The position numbers and the translations under genes were made by a program. Of a DNA stretch of 64,000 bases, positions 9,371 to 19,414 are shown piece by piece. The stretch's first letter is position 1, and every line of letters starts with the position of its first letter. The stretch spans positions 620,001 through 684,000 of the forward strand of contig CP128816.1 of assembly GCA_051546255.1 (NCBI GenBank), given 5' to 3'. The DNA is from Meyerozyma guilliermondii (lineage: Eukaryota). Below the pieces are notes generated by a model. The model had not been told where the DNA came from, searched no databases, and was given only the letters and a program-made list of their open reading frames with translations.

Positions 9371-12300
9371 ATGTCACGGCCAAAAAGAAAAGCTGCCACA
9401 AATAAGTCTTATAATGATTTTATAGACGAGTCTATATTCGAGGAACATCGCCCCGACCCTCCGGTGGCCCGCAAGAAGCTGAAACCATCGAGTCCTTCAC
9501 CAACTTCTTCTAGTTTGATCCCAGAACTGACATCTTTTCACTTCAATTGGCAGCCCTTACCCACACCAGCAGACTATTTTTCCAACAAATTGGACTTGAA
9601 AGATGCCTATGTTGACCTTACTACGCAAACGTTGTACTGTCCAGCAATGGCAAATGCCAAACGAGCAAGAAAACAAACCGAAGTTTTCCACATTCAAAAA
9701 GGCGATTACATCTACATGATCAGCGAACCGCCTGGAGAGCCATACTATGTTGCCAGAGTTATGGGATTCAAAATCAAGGGGGGACGAGCCAACAACGCTG
9801 AAGAAACCCATTCAAAAAGCACGAAAAGCACCCATGAGGATGCTTCAGCATACCAGTTTCAAGTGCAATGGTTTTATCGACCTCGAGATATTTCCAAATT
9901 TTCCAACGACTCAAGGCTTCTTTACGCCTCTATGCATACCGACACTTGCCCGCTAGCCAGTTTCCGTGGCTTGGTTACCGTCAAGCACCAATACGAAATT
10001 GAAAAAGACCCACAATACGAGCCTGGAAGAAGGTCTCCCACACCAGCATCTGCATTAGAAACCTATGCCAACGAGCCCAACTGTTTCTACTTTGATAAGC
10101 TTTTTGATCGATATATGGTCAAGTTCTACGATATTATACCCACCAAGCTACTTTTGGACGGATCGAAGAGCGAGCAATGCCACAATTATTTGATTGCATT
10201 ACACAAGCGGTTTGAGTATGTGTTCGTTGAAACCTTGCGCTCGAAGACATTTGTTGAAGGTTTCATGAAGGATATTGCGTCCTGTGATAAATGTGGTCAA
10301 TGGTGCTCCAATCAAGAATCTGTGAGTTGTGCCAGTTGTGGAAAACACTTTCACATGTACTGCCTTGATCCACCTCTTATGAAGAAACCCAGTCGAGGGT
10401 TTTCATGGTCTTGTGCTCCGTGTACAAAGAAGTACGATATTGCCCATCAAAAGAAGCGTATATTGATGCTTTCTCACGATAATAAACTGTCCAATGCTCA
10501 ACAGCTTTCGGAAGAGCTAGATGGTCTTGACTCAACTGACGTTTCTGAGGAAGAAACAGATACCGATTCCAAAGCAAATACACCTTCTGAACTTCCACGC
10601 TATGAAAAAATGGCCATTGACTTTCTCAATGATGACGCAGATACAAGTCTTGAAGAACGAAGATTGAAAGAAGAATGGTGTATGAGATACTTGGGTATAA
10701 ATTCCAAACTCGAAGATGGCGTTGACGTCGAAGACCGTTCGCCTTATCCAAGAGCTTCAACTCGGCTAGGTGCCAAGCACCAGGCTACACATATACCTGA
10801 GTTTTATGACCATCCAATAGTCTACTACGATGTTGAGAATAATGGATCAAGTTCAAGCAAAAAGAAGTCCAAGAAAACTCCAGTAAAGTCCAAAAAGAAG
10901 GACGAGGCTACTATCATTCCTCTCAATGTCCCGGAAGAATACAAAGACGTTTCTCCAAAAGACTATCCTCAATGGCTTCAGCCACGGCCAAAGGGGTACA
11001 TTGAACGAGGTGAAGACGACGGTGATGGTGTAACGTGCAAACTTCTCTGGAAGGCTTCAGACGATGATATCGCTAACAATTTTGAGAAGCTTGATTCTTA
11101 CATTGCTTCATGTGTTCCAGTGGCTGAAAGTTTAAAGATTCTACCTACATCTCCAAACTTCATGGACGCAATATTGTACCAGTATATGGAACACAAAGGA
11201 GATACAGAAGCTGCATTTTCTGTGGTTTCAAAGCTTACAAGGGCAAAGTTGAAGGAGCCTACATTCAATAAGGAAGAGGTGAAAAGATTTGAAAACGGTG
11301 TACGTACCTATGGAAGCGAGCTCTTCCCAGTACAAAAATTGGTAAAAAGTCAACCTGTTTCAATGGTGGTTCGTTTTTATTACTTGTGGAAAAAAACTGA
11401 AGCTGGCAAGCAGATTTGGGGCAATTTCGAAGGCAGAGTCAAGCGAAAGGATCAGAAATTAAAGGACCACATCAAGGAGGAAGAACCAAGCACTGGAATA
11501 AATGGACATGCCATTGACTCTTTAGCAAATCAGGACGACGATTCTTCTTATGATATGAACAAAATTGAAGCAGAAAAACGTTCATTTGTTTGCAAGCATT
11601 GTTCCACGGATTGTTCGTTACAATGGTTCAAAGTCACTGGTCATAATACCACGGCCGATAAAAACACAGCTCTTTGTTTTCGCTGTGCTCGTTTATGGCG
11701 AAGATACGCGGTTGTATGGGAAGATCCTCACGAAGTGGAACGGAAAAGTAAACTTTTTGGATGGAAAAGAAAGATTGAAAGTGAGCTTTTACACGATAGT
11801 CAAGCCATTCTAGGGGCCGCAACTTCAAGTGCTAAGAATAGCCCCAAGGAAACGTCTATCAAACGCCAGACTATGACTCCACCACCAAGCAATACGCTGT
11901 CTTTCACCAGTATTGAATCTGTAAAGCTGACATCCCCAGCTAAACGAAAGGCTCCCACAAAAGCTAGCAGTCCACGCAAGGCAATCAAGATCGAAAAGAG
12001 ATCCGAATCTGTACCAAAACCCAAAGCCAAACCAAAGTCAGAACCAAAATCGAAATCAGAACCAAAATCGAAATCAGAGCCAAAAGCGAAATCAGAACCA
12101 AGACCAAAACCAGAAAAATCAAAGCCAAAACCAACGAAACCAAAGACAGAGTCCACAGAAAATGGAACCACAAAAGTTGCACGAATACCAAAGAAGAAAG
12201 AATCGAAAGCAGAGGGTCCAAAATCGGGAAAGAACGTCAAAGATGAAACGTCCGAAATGGTCCGTTATCCTGTCTTCAACTCTGACTATATGGTGCCTCA

Positions 12301-13564
12301 AATTGCTACTCAGAGTCTCACGCCAGTAATTACCGACTCGTTCATCAATTCCTTAGGAATAAGAAGACTACTTGACTTGGAAAAGTATTGGGAACAATAC
12401 CCTTTTGCACATTTTCCAGAAAAACAACAAGCTGAAGAGAGCCACAAGTGTTGTTTGTGCTCTCTGGATACCATCACCAAGAAGAAAGCATCCAGCACAG
12501 ATCTGGAATTTTTGAAATGTCGAGCCTGTGGAGTTGACGTGCACCTTACGTGTGCCAGTATATCTATTCCAAGCTCCACTCCGCAACCGGTGGACTGGTT
12601 ATGCGAGCCTTGTGTGCATAAAAGTATACCGACTTCATCCACTGAATACAGCTGCTGCTTGTGCTTTACTACTTTTCCAGAAAACACCGAGTACTTGAGA
12701 TGTGTCCAAGACACCCGAATGTGGTGTCATTACTTGTGCGCTGTGCTCGCTGGGGACTCTGTGAGTTTGGGAGTGACGGCTGCAAAAAAGAAAAACAAGA
12801 ATCCGTTGGACCAGAATACAGTTTTGCAGTTGATAACGGTGAAAAGTGTCTCCAAACTTTTGTATGAGAACCACAACATCAAGTGCCATATATGTCAGCG
12901 ATATGGTGGAGCCATGTTGAGTTGTGAGCTTCCACATGAAAAGACCAAAGTACATATTTCTTGTGCTCAGATTACTGACGGGTATAGTCTTGGGTTCACT
13001 TTGCAAGAAACAGCTGATAACAAGCATACGGCTTGCGTTGAGCTGGATTCTGGTCGCATTGTTCCCATCATTATGTTCCATAATGTGGTGCTGGAAATTG
13101 GTAGCAAAAAGTATCCATTGAAACAGTTGGGCAAAAAGATGAATGGTACCAATACATTAAAACCACTTCTTCAAATGCACATTGAAAACATAACCAAAGG
13201 ACAACAAGCAAGCTCACACTTTGGTCCACTTGCACTTTCCAATCAGCTTGCTTTGATGAGAAGTCAAAATGAGCAGGAAGCTGCAAAAGAGATTAAACTC
13301 GATGAAAAGAAATGTACTGAATGTTCCTCCATACTTAGCCCTATTTGGTGGGAAGGTTCAGAGCTAAACAAGCCTGATGGTGTGTGCTGCAATGTCTGCT
13401 ACCATAAACATCATCAGCTTGAAGAAAATGGGTACCATCTGGATGAAGATGTACTTCTCGAAGACATGATTAATTCACCATTGGATCCCAGCCAGTACGG
13501 ATTGATATCTACGGATGATGTTTTGAGCAGCGTATACCCGACAGAACAGCTTTCTGTTCAGTAG
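9371..13564 (+). CDS. SNT2: Snt2: BAH/PHD/ELM2/SANT chromatin E3 ligase
   Basis: BAH (YMISEPPGEPYYVARVMGF, WFYRPRDI), PHD (HMYCLDPPL.KKPSRGFSWSCAPC), PRASTRLGAKHQA, SANT (VRFYYLWKK), further PHDs. Confidence 0.93.
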   Translation: MSRPKRKAATNKSYNDFIDESIFEEHRPDPPVARKKLKPSSPSPTSSSLIPELTSFHFNWQPLPTPADYFSNKLDLKDAYVDLTTQTLYCPAMANAKRARKQTEVFHIQKGDYIYMISEPPGEPYYVARVMGFKIKGGRANNAEETHSKSTKSTHEDASAYQFQVQWFYRPRDISKFSNDSRLLYASMHTDTCPLASFRGLVTVKHQYEIEKDPQYEPGRRSPTPASALETYANEPNCFYFDKLFDRYMVKFYDIIPTKLLLDGSKSEQCHNYLIALHKRFEYVFVETLRSKTFVEGFMKDIASCDKCGQWCSNQESVSCASCGKHFHMYCLDPPLMKKPSRGFSWSCAPCTKKYDIAHQKKRILMLSHDNKLSNAQQLSEELDGLDSTDVSEEETDTDSKANTPSELPRYEKMAIDFLNDDADTSLEERRLKEEWCMRYLGINSKLEDGVDVEDRSPYPRASTRLGAKHQATHIPEFYDHPIVYYDVENNGSSSSKKKSKKTPVKSKKKDEATIIPLNVPEEYKDVSPKDYPQWLQPRPKGYIERGEDDGDGVTCKLLWKASDDDIANNFEKLDSYIASCVPVAESLKILPTSPNFMDAILYQYMEHKGDTEAAFSVVSKLTRAKLKEPTFNKEEVKRFENGVRTYGSELFPVQKLVKSQPVSMVVRFYYLWKKTEAGKQIWGNFEGRVKRKDQKLKDHIKEEEPSTGINGHAIDSLANQDDDSSYDMNKIEAEKRSFVCKHCSTDCSLQWFKVTGHNTTADKNTALCFRCARLWRRYAVVWEDPHEVERKSKLFGWKRKIESELLHDSQAILGAATSSAKNSPKETSIKRQTMTPPPSNTLSFTSIESVKLTSPAKRKAPTKASSPRKAIKIEKRSESVPKPKAKPKSEPKSKSEPKSKSEPKAKSEPRPKPEKSKPKPTKPKTESTENGTTKVARIPKKKESKAEGPKSGKNVKDETSEMVRYPVFNSDYMVPQIATQSLTPVITDSFINSLGIRRLLDLEKYWEQYPFAHFPEKQQAEESHKCCLCSLDTITKKKASSTDLEFLKCRACGVDVHLTCASISIPSSTPQPVDWLCEPCVHKSIPTSSTEYSCCLCFTTFPENTEYLRCVQDTRMWCHYLCAVLAGDSVSLGVTAAKKKNKNPLDQNTVLQLITVKSVSKLLYENHNIKCHICQRYGGAMLSCELPHEKTKVHISCAQITDGYSLGFTLQETADNKHTACVELDSGRIVPIIMFHNVVLEIGSKKYPLKQLGKKMNGTNTLKPLLQMHIENITKGQQASSHFGPLALSNQLALMRSQNEQEAAKEIKLDEKKCTECSSILSPIWWEGSELNKPDGVCCNVCYHKHHQLEENGYHLDEDVLLEDMINSPLDPSQYGLISTDDVLSSVYPTEQLSVQ
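12014..12145 (+). repeat. Coding 18-bp tandem repeat (PKSKSE)n in SNT2
   Basis: ccaaagtcagaa ccaaaatcgaaatcagaa ccaaaatcgaaatcagag ccaaaagcgaaatcagaa. Confidence 0.8.
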
Positions 13565-13685
13565 TACATAAAGCATATACGACAATCGCACGACAATCCC
13601 AATGGCCCTATGTTCGCACACTGTCTGGTGTCGCGCTTGCAACTTAATTCTCAACACATCGCGACATTGTTTTCTCAACACCAAC

Positions 13686-15035
13686 ATGATAAAACTCGAG
13701 GAAAGCGACTCGCCGGCGATCCCTGGCCCGGTTTTGGAACGCGAAGAAGCACAGGAACTCCGGTTGATGGTTGCAGATTTGTTGGGACGCAAAAATGCCT
13801 CGTTTCCAGGATCTCAACCGGTGTCGTTCGAAAGGTACCATTTGAAAGAAACGCTAATGAGAAAAGATTATTTTGTTTGTGAGAAGTCCGATGGGCTCCG
13901 GTGCCTACTCTTCATAATCAACCATCCTGAGCGAGGAGAAGGGGTGTTTTTGATCACCAGAGAAAACGACTATTACTATATACCCAAGATTCATTTCCCT
14001 CTCAACAACGAGGAGCATGGCAAGTCTTTCCACCATGGAACATTGTTGGACGGCGAGTTGGTGATGGAAACAAAAAACGTCTCGGAACCATTTTTGCGCT
14101 ACTGTATTTTTGATGCCTTGGCTATCAATGGAAAGGACATTACCAAGAGAACATTATCCACCCGACTCGGCTACATTACCGAGCATGTTATGAAGCCATT
14201 CGACAACTTCAAGCTCAAAAACCCCGACCTAGTGAATGCTCCCGATTTTCCCTTCAAAGTGAGTTTCAAACTCATGACTTCGTCATACCATGCCGATGAG
14301 GTATTGGCTAAAAAAGAGCAATTGTTCCATGAGTCCGATGGGCTCATCTTCACGTGTGCGGAAACACCGTATGTTTTCGGCACCGATCAGACCCTCCTTA
14401 AGTGGAAACCGGCGGAAGAAAATACCGTTGATTATAAGATGGAATTAGTCTTCAACAAGTACCAAGACCCCGATATGGACCCTCGAGACCCCGATTCCAC
14501 GTATACTGACTACGACAGCAAGCCCGATACGATACTACTCAAGGTTTGGAAAGGAGGACGAGAGTACGAAGACTTTGCCAAACTCCAACTCGACGACGAA
14601 GATTGGGAACGATTAAAACAACTCAACCAGCCTCTCCAGGGCAGAATTGTCGAGTGTCGCCGGTTGAAGGAGCCAGCAGGGGTGTGGGAGATGCTTCGGT
14701 TCAGAAACGACAAGAGCAACGGGAACCATTTCTCGGTGGTAGAGAAGGTTATACATAGTATTCAAGATGGAGTGTCAGAACAGGAGCTCATCAAGGCATG
14801 CCCAGAAATTTCAAATGCATGGAAAACACGGGCCAGGGATCGTGCGCAGCAGGCCAAAAAACCACCAGCAGGCCTGGGACATGTGAAACGTGAACATGAA
14901 CATCAGCCGTCGCAGCCATCGAAACGTCCCAAAGTTGGTGAACGACCAATTGAAAACGAACAAGAAAACGACAACGACCAGCAACGAGATCATCTTCCGG
15001 ACATTCCAACCTACGAAGATAGCGACGAGGACTAG
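13686..15035 (+). CDS. CEG1: mRNA capping enzyme guanylyltransferase
   Basis: [13 protein letters not shown] active site, [25 protein letters not shown]. Start at MIKLEE. Confidence 0.97.
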   Translation: MIKLEESDSPAIPGPVLEREEAQELRLMVADLLGRKNASFPGSQPVSFERYHLKETLMRKDYFVCEKSDGLRCLLFIINHPERGEGVFLITRENDYYYIPKIHFPLNNEEHGKSFHHGTLLDGELVMETKNVSEPFLRYCIFDALAINGKDITKRTLSTRLGYITEHVMKPFDNFKLKNPDLVNAPDFPFKVSFKLMTSSYHADEVLAKKEQLFHESDGLIFTCAETPYVFGTDQTLLKWKPAEENTVDYKMELVFNKYQDPDMDPRDPDSTYTDYDSKPDTILLKVWKGGREYEDFAKLQLDDEDWERLKQLNQPLQGRIVECRRLKEPAGVWEMLRFRNDKSNGNHFSVVEKVIHSIQDGVSEQELIKACPEISNAWKTRARDRAQQAKKPPAGLGHVKREHEHQPSQPSKRPKVGERPIENEQENDNDQQRDHLPDIPTYEDSDED

Positions 15036-15130
15036 TATGGTCCCGGCATGTATTTTATCGAAAATAAGCTCTATGTATTATATTTATGGTGTTCGCGCAC
15101 TTTTTTGCTCTCTTTCCATGATTCATTTTC

Positions 15131-16585
15131 ATGATTCCAAAGTCAATTGCAGTTATAGGGGCTGGTCCCTCGGGCGCTGCTATGGCCAAGGCTCTACTTA
15201 GAGAAAGGTGCTTCAGAATCAAGGTGTTTGTGAGGAGATCCCAGTTCGGGGGTCTTTGGAACTACCGTGGTGAAACCGATATTGTACCAACTCCCAGTGA
15301 AAAACCATATTTTGTGAAACCAATTTTGGACAACGATAACATTATATGGCCCACTCCCGCATACGAACACTTGGATACAAACGTCCCCAAAGATGTGATG
15401 ACTTATGGAAGTTTACAATTTCCAGATTCTCTTCCCATCTTTCCGCATCGATCTGATGTCAACGAATATATGCAAAAATACGCCGAAGAAATACGGCTGG
15501 TGACTCAATTGGAAACAATAGTGGTGCTGGTGACAAGAAGTATCGATAAATGGAAAGTGGTATCTCGTTTGGTTTGTCAAGAGACTTTGGGAGGCCAAGT
15601 TGAAGGTGAGAAGGTGAGAGATGAGGTTGAGTATTTTGACGCAATTGCAATAGCTGTGGGCAACTATGATGTTCCATACCTTCCTACAAAGCCAGGCATG
15701 GACGAGTGGAACTCTCGTTTCCCTTACTCTATCAGTCATGTCAAGACATTCAAATCATGTGCTCAATTTGCCAAGGTTGAAGGAAATATTGTCGTTGTGG
15801 GGAACTCAGCATCTGCTGCAGATATCTGCTACCAGCTAGCTGAGGGCTTGCAGAAGAACATTTACAAGTCAAGGCGGTCCGATAACCCACTGCCAGTCAG
15901 TCCAAGTACAAAAATTATTGAAAACCCCGACATCCACCATTTTGATTCGTTTTCAAAAACTGTGGTTTTTGTGGATGGAACCAAAACTGAAAACGTTGAT
16001 AACATCATATTTGCTACAGGCTACCTCAAATCGTTTCCTTTCTTGAAAGAATTTGACCAGTCTTCTACACCATTGATCACCGATGGACAGATGGTACATG
16101 GAACATACCAACACATTATCTTGTATAACTTTCCCAACTTGGCGGTTTTGGGACTTCCCAAGTTTGTACTTCCAGCAAGAACATCCGAGTCACAAGCATG
16201 TTGGCTTGCCAAAGTATGGTCTGGGAAATTGCAAATTCCGTCTAGAGAGAAAATGGCAGAATGGGAACAGCAAAGACTTGAACTTAAAGGTCCAGGAAAA
16301 GAATTTCACGATTTGAAATTCCCAGAAGATGTAAAGTATTGCAATAGTCTCAATGCTCAGGTGCTACAAAATATAGAGTCTACAGGCATTGGACTCAAAC
16401 CAATGGTTTGGGACAAGCACCAGACAAGAGTGCGAGCATCTATGAAACGTATAAAGGAAGCATATGTCAAGTATAGAACATCCACAGGAAAACTAGCCGC
16501 CAACTACGAAGAATTGGAAGCGGTGTACCCTGGGTGCCTAGTCAATGACAAAGTGCTCGAGGACCATGGATTTCACTTTGATTGA
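15131..16585 (+). CDS. FMO1: Flavin-containing (thiol-specific) monooxygenase
   Basis: IAVIGAGPSG, GGLWNY, L.TNVP, VVVGNSASA, IFATGY. Confidence 0.88.
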   Translation: MIPKSIAVIGAGPSGAAMAKALLRERCFRIKVFVRRSQFGGLWNYRGETDIVPTPSEKPYFVKPILDNDNIIWPTPAYEHLDTNVPKDVMTYGSLQFPDSLPIFPHRSDVNEYMQKYAEEIRLVTQLETIVVLVTRSIDKWKVVSRLVCQETLGGQVEGEKVRDEVEYFDAIAIAVGNYDVPYLPTKPGMDEWNSRFPYSISHVKTFKSCAQFAKVEGNIVVVGNSASAADICYQLAEGLQKNIYKSRRSDNPLPVSPSTKIIENPDIHHFDSFSKTVVFVDGTKTENVDNIIFATGYLKSFPFLKEFDQSSTPLITDGQMVHGTYQHIILYNFPNLAVLGLPKFVLPARTSESQACWLAKVWSGKLQIPSREKMAEWEQQRLELKGPGKEFHDLKFPEDVKYCNSLNAQVLQNIESTGIGLKPMVWDKHQTRVRASMKRIKEAYVKYRTSTGKLAANYEELEAVYPGCLVNDKVLEDHGFHFD

Positions 16586-16677
16586 CTATGTAGTCTAAGA
16601 GTTAGTAAAATGATTTGCATGATTCGATTCTGCAATGATATCAAATCTAGTAGATAATGCAAACGAGATTGTATCGG

Positions 16678-17070
16678 TTATCGCTCCAAATTGATATTGG
16701 ACCCAAATTTGGCGTAGAGTTGCTTTTTTAACGACGCCAATTGTTCATCGATCTCGTCAATGGTTTCTTCAGTCTTGGATATTTTGCTTGCCAATTCTTC
16801 GTCTTGCTTCTCGATTTTGAGGGTTGCTTGGTCTGCAGAGAGAAAGAAAAATGCTTCGCCAATTTTGTATTGGATCTTTTCTTCTTCGTCAAGCATTTCA
16901 ATTTCCAATCCGAGATCATCAAGATATTCCTTCTCGACGGTGTAATTTTTCAATGTGTCTTGTAAATCATCTTTTTTATTTATGAGCGACGAAAACTTGT
17001 TTATACGTTGCTGGTCCTCCCACGAGACCTCGGTGGCGGTGTTCTTTTGACCTTGGGGTAGTAACTCCAT
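16678..17070 (-). CDS. GIM3: Prefoldin subunit 4
   Basis: MELLPQGQKN..EVSWEDQQRINKFS ... LYAKFGSNINLER. Confidence 0.96.
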   Translation of the reverse strand: MELLPQGQKNTATEVSWEDQQRINKFSSLINKKDDLQDTLKNYTVEKEYLDDLGLEIEMLDEEEKIQYKIGEAFFFLSADQATLKIEKQDEELASKISKTEETIDEIDEQLASLKKQLYAKFGSNINLER

Positions 17071-17576
17071 GTCGATACTGCTGTATAGCGGTTTGAGAAA
17101 ATACGAGAGTGTGCAGGACCGACGAAGCGAGTTGAACCCTCATGAATTAAACTGAAATCGAAATTGAAAGAAAAGATAGGGACTTAAACTACCACATACT
17201 GCTCAGAACTGCGACCAGATCACACTCATTTTTAATACTTCAGTTCCACGATGCTGACAAGAATACGACAACTAATACCACAACTTCAAATGAAAGATCC
17301 AAAAATAACTTGAATTTTCAAGCCAATACTTTAGGCAATCCCCTGATAGAACACTCTACATGTAATACTCCACACTCCCTTTCTTTTTGACTCTGATAAA
17401 CCCTGCAATTTGCAGCCGTCTAGTGCCGTGTATTGGCGCGCACCCTAAGCCAGTCGCCAAAATTGCCGTTTTCAGACCACCGGCAAACCCTTAACTGCAT
17501 CTCCGAGCGAGAAGTTCTATTTCGGTTGCAAACGGCCACGCATTTATAGACCCCTCAAATCCACAATCTGTTCCTA

Positions 17577-18779
17577 ATGACACTTCCTGACAATTATAAT
17601 CTTGTTCACATCACCGATAGAGATCTTCTTGATTTCACACGTAGCCAGAATGGTGCTTCTTGGCGTGGTGTGCTCAGTTTACAACAGTATATAACTAGAG
17701 AAGTTGTGCTTGCAAAATCAAAAGCCGTTAAAAAATTGATGGTTTTCGTGCTTGAAGACTCGACAAACAACAACAAACTTGCATCCATTGAGCTCTTGGT
17801 GAGAGACGCCACAAAGTTTGTTTTTAATGGAACCAAAGCTGAAAAACAACCAGTGGAATGTGGAGCCATTGGAGGTGTTTTTACTTACCCACAATATCGA
17901 GGCCAGGGGCTTGCTCGAATCATGGTGGACAAGTTGATGAAACAAGCCAAAACGAGTATTATGGGTTCTTCTGGTTTTACATTCTTGTACTCTGAAGTTG
18001 GTGAATATTATAATCGCAATGGGTTCATTTCTTTCAGTGTTCCATTGTGCCATATTCCCGTTTCTTCCACACTTACCACTTCCATATCATCCAGTGATAC
18101 GATTACGCTTCTTGGCTACCACGAGTTCAAACCTTACTTTGAACTTTATCGTCAACGATACGAAGAGCGAATCATCAACGATGTCGAAAAGGATCACAAG
18201 ACAAGAATATCGCCCAACATCACCCTGGACTACGTTGACTGGTTCCACTTGCGTGCCAAGTACATTGCGTACCATCTTTTTCACCAGAAACCAGCCATTG
18301 ACTTCGAAGCTGCTTCTTACGAAGAACTAGTTGAAAAATTTCACTCTATAACTCCAAAAGTCTTCGGACTCAAAATCACAGAAGCCAGTACCTTGGTAGG
18401 GTTCATTGTGTGGACATACGACTGGAGCACCGCTGCAGATGGAAATCCATCGAACACAGTGACAGTTATTAAAGTCCATGTGGAACCAGGTTACGATGTC
18501 GACATTTACACCTTGAGATTATTGACCCACCTTAAGATATTACTTGAAAAGCAAAACCAAGAAAATGATACAGCAACCAGTGGATTCGTCAAGATTGTCG
18601 TTTGGGACAGTGATACGAGTGAAGAGGTTAGGGCGAAATTACAAGCAAAGTACCAGGCTAAAACTGGCATCGATAACCCATCAAGAAGCGCAATGCTTTT
18701 GCACGAGCCCAGCGACCACCAGAAGTTATGTGATGGTGAACTCATATGGGAGAACAACAACAAAGTGACGTGGTTCTGA
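17577..18779 (+). CDS. GNAT acetyltransferase (LYC1/YGR111W-like lysine N-acetyltransferase)
   Basis: W.G.LS..QY..RE, IGGVFTYPQYRGQGLA (acetyl-CoA motif), FLYSEVGEYY, C-terminal WENN.K..WF. Confidence 0.85.
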   Translation: MTLPDNYNLVHITDRDLLDFTRSQNGASWRGVLSLQQYITREVVLAKSKAVKKLMVFVLEDSTNNNKLASIELLVRDATKFVFNGTKAEKQPVECGAIGGVFTYPQYRGQGLARIMVDKLMKQAKTSIMGSSGFTFLYSEVGEYYNRNGFISFSVPLCHIPVSSTLTTSISSSDTITLLGYHEFKPYFELYRQRYEERIINDVEKDHKTRISPNITLDYVDWFHLRAKYIAYHLFHQKPAIDFEAASYEELVEKFHSITPKVFGLKITEASTLVGFIVWTYDWSTAADGNPSNTVTVIKVHVEPGYDVDIYTLRLLTHLKILLEKQNQENDTATSGFVKIVVWDSDTSEEVRAKLQAKYQAKTGIDNPSRSAMLLHEPSDHQKLCDGELIWENNNKVTWF

Positions 18780-18823
18780 AGGCAGCAATATAAGGCATAA
18801 CCAGAGAATACTTATTCAAGAGG

Positions 18824-18893
18824 AAGTAGAAGTAGAATGGTGAGGTAGAACCAAGAAGTAGAACCGAGAAGTAGAACGGAGAGGTAGTACCAA
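18824..18893 (+). repeat. Intergenic degenerate ~13-bp minisatellite (AGAAGTAGAACCG-like, 4-5 copies)
   Basis: gaggtagaacca agaagtagaaccg agaagtagaacgg agaggtagtacca. Confidence 0.7.
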
Positions 18894-19033
18894 GTAATAA
18901 GAATTGAAGTTGAGAAATCAATTAAAACTAGAAATTGTACTTTAATATGTATACACAGAACTCAAATCTAGGTTGAGCACAAGCTGAATAGCGATTAAAT
19001 AAACCTATATCTTGAATCTAAACCTGGTTTTGT

Positions 19034-19375
19034 CTACAACATTGGCACAAGTTTGTTTGCACGGTGCAACTGCTGCAATTCACTGTTTCCTCCAATATGT
19101 TTTTGGTTTATAAAAGTGTTGGGTACAGTTCTTTGTCCGGTAATCTCTTGCAATGCATTTTGCATAGCAGCTCCATCAGAAACATTGTTCAACTCAATAA
19201 TGTTCACGTCACTGGCTCCAACTTGGTTCAACAATTGCTTGGTTTGTGAGCAATATGGACAGTAAGATTTTGAAAAAACCACAATTTTGTTTGCATTGAT
19301 CAAACTTTGGACCTTGCTGATGACTTCAGGAGATGATGGTTCACTTTTGAACCAGGAAAGCAAGTACCCTAACAT
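19034..19375 (-). CDS. Dithiol glutaredoxin (CPYC)
   Basis: VFSKSYCPYC, GQRTVPN.FI...HIGGNS; Grx1/Grx2/Ttr1-type. Confidence 0.95.
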   Translation of the reverse strand: MLGYLLSWFKSEPSSPEVISKVQSLINANKIVVFSKSYCPYCSQTKQLLNQVGASDVNIIELNNVSDGAAMQNALQEITGQRTVPNTFINQKHIGGNSELQQLHRANKLVPML

Positions 19376-19414
19376 TAGTGAATCAGTTTTTTACGCAATC
19401 TTCAGCCACACGAC

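Noticed and set aside
17071..17576. Possible ncRNA in larger intergenics (also 21965-22939, 29753-30628, 51343-52024)
   Set aside because: No tRNA A/B boxes, convincing snoRNA box pairs or LTR ends recognised by eye; an Infernal/tRNAscan run would be needed to exclude them.
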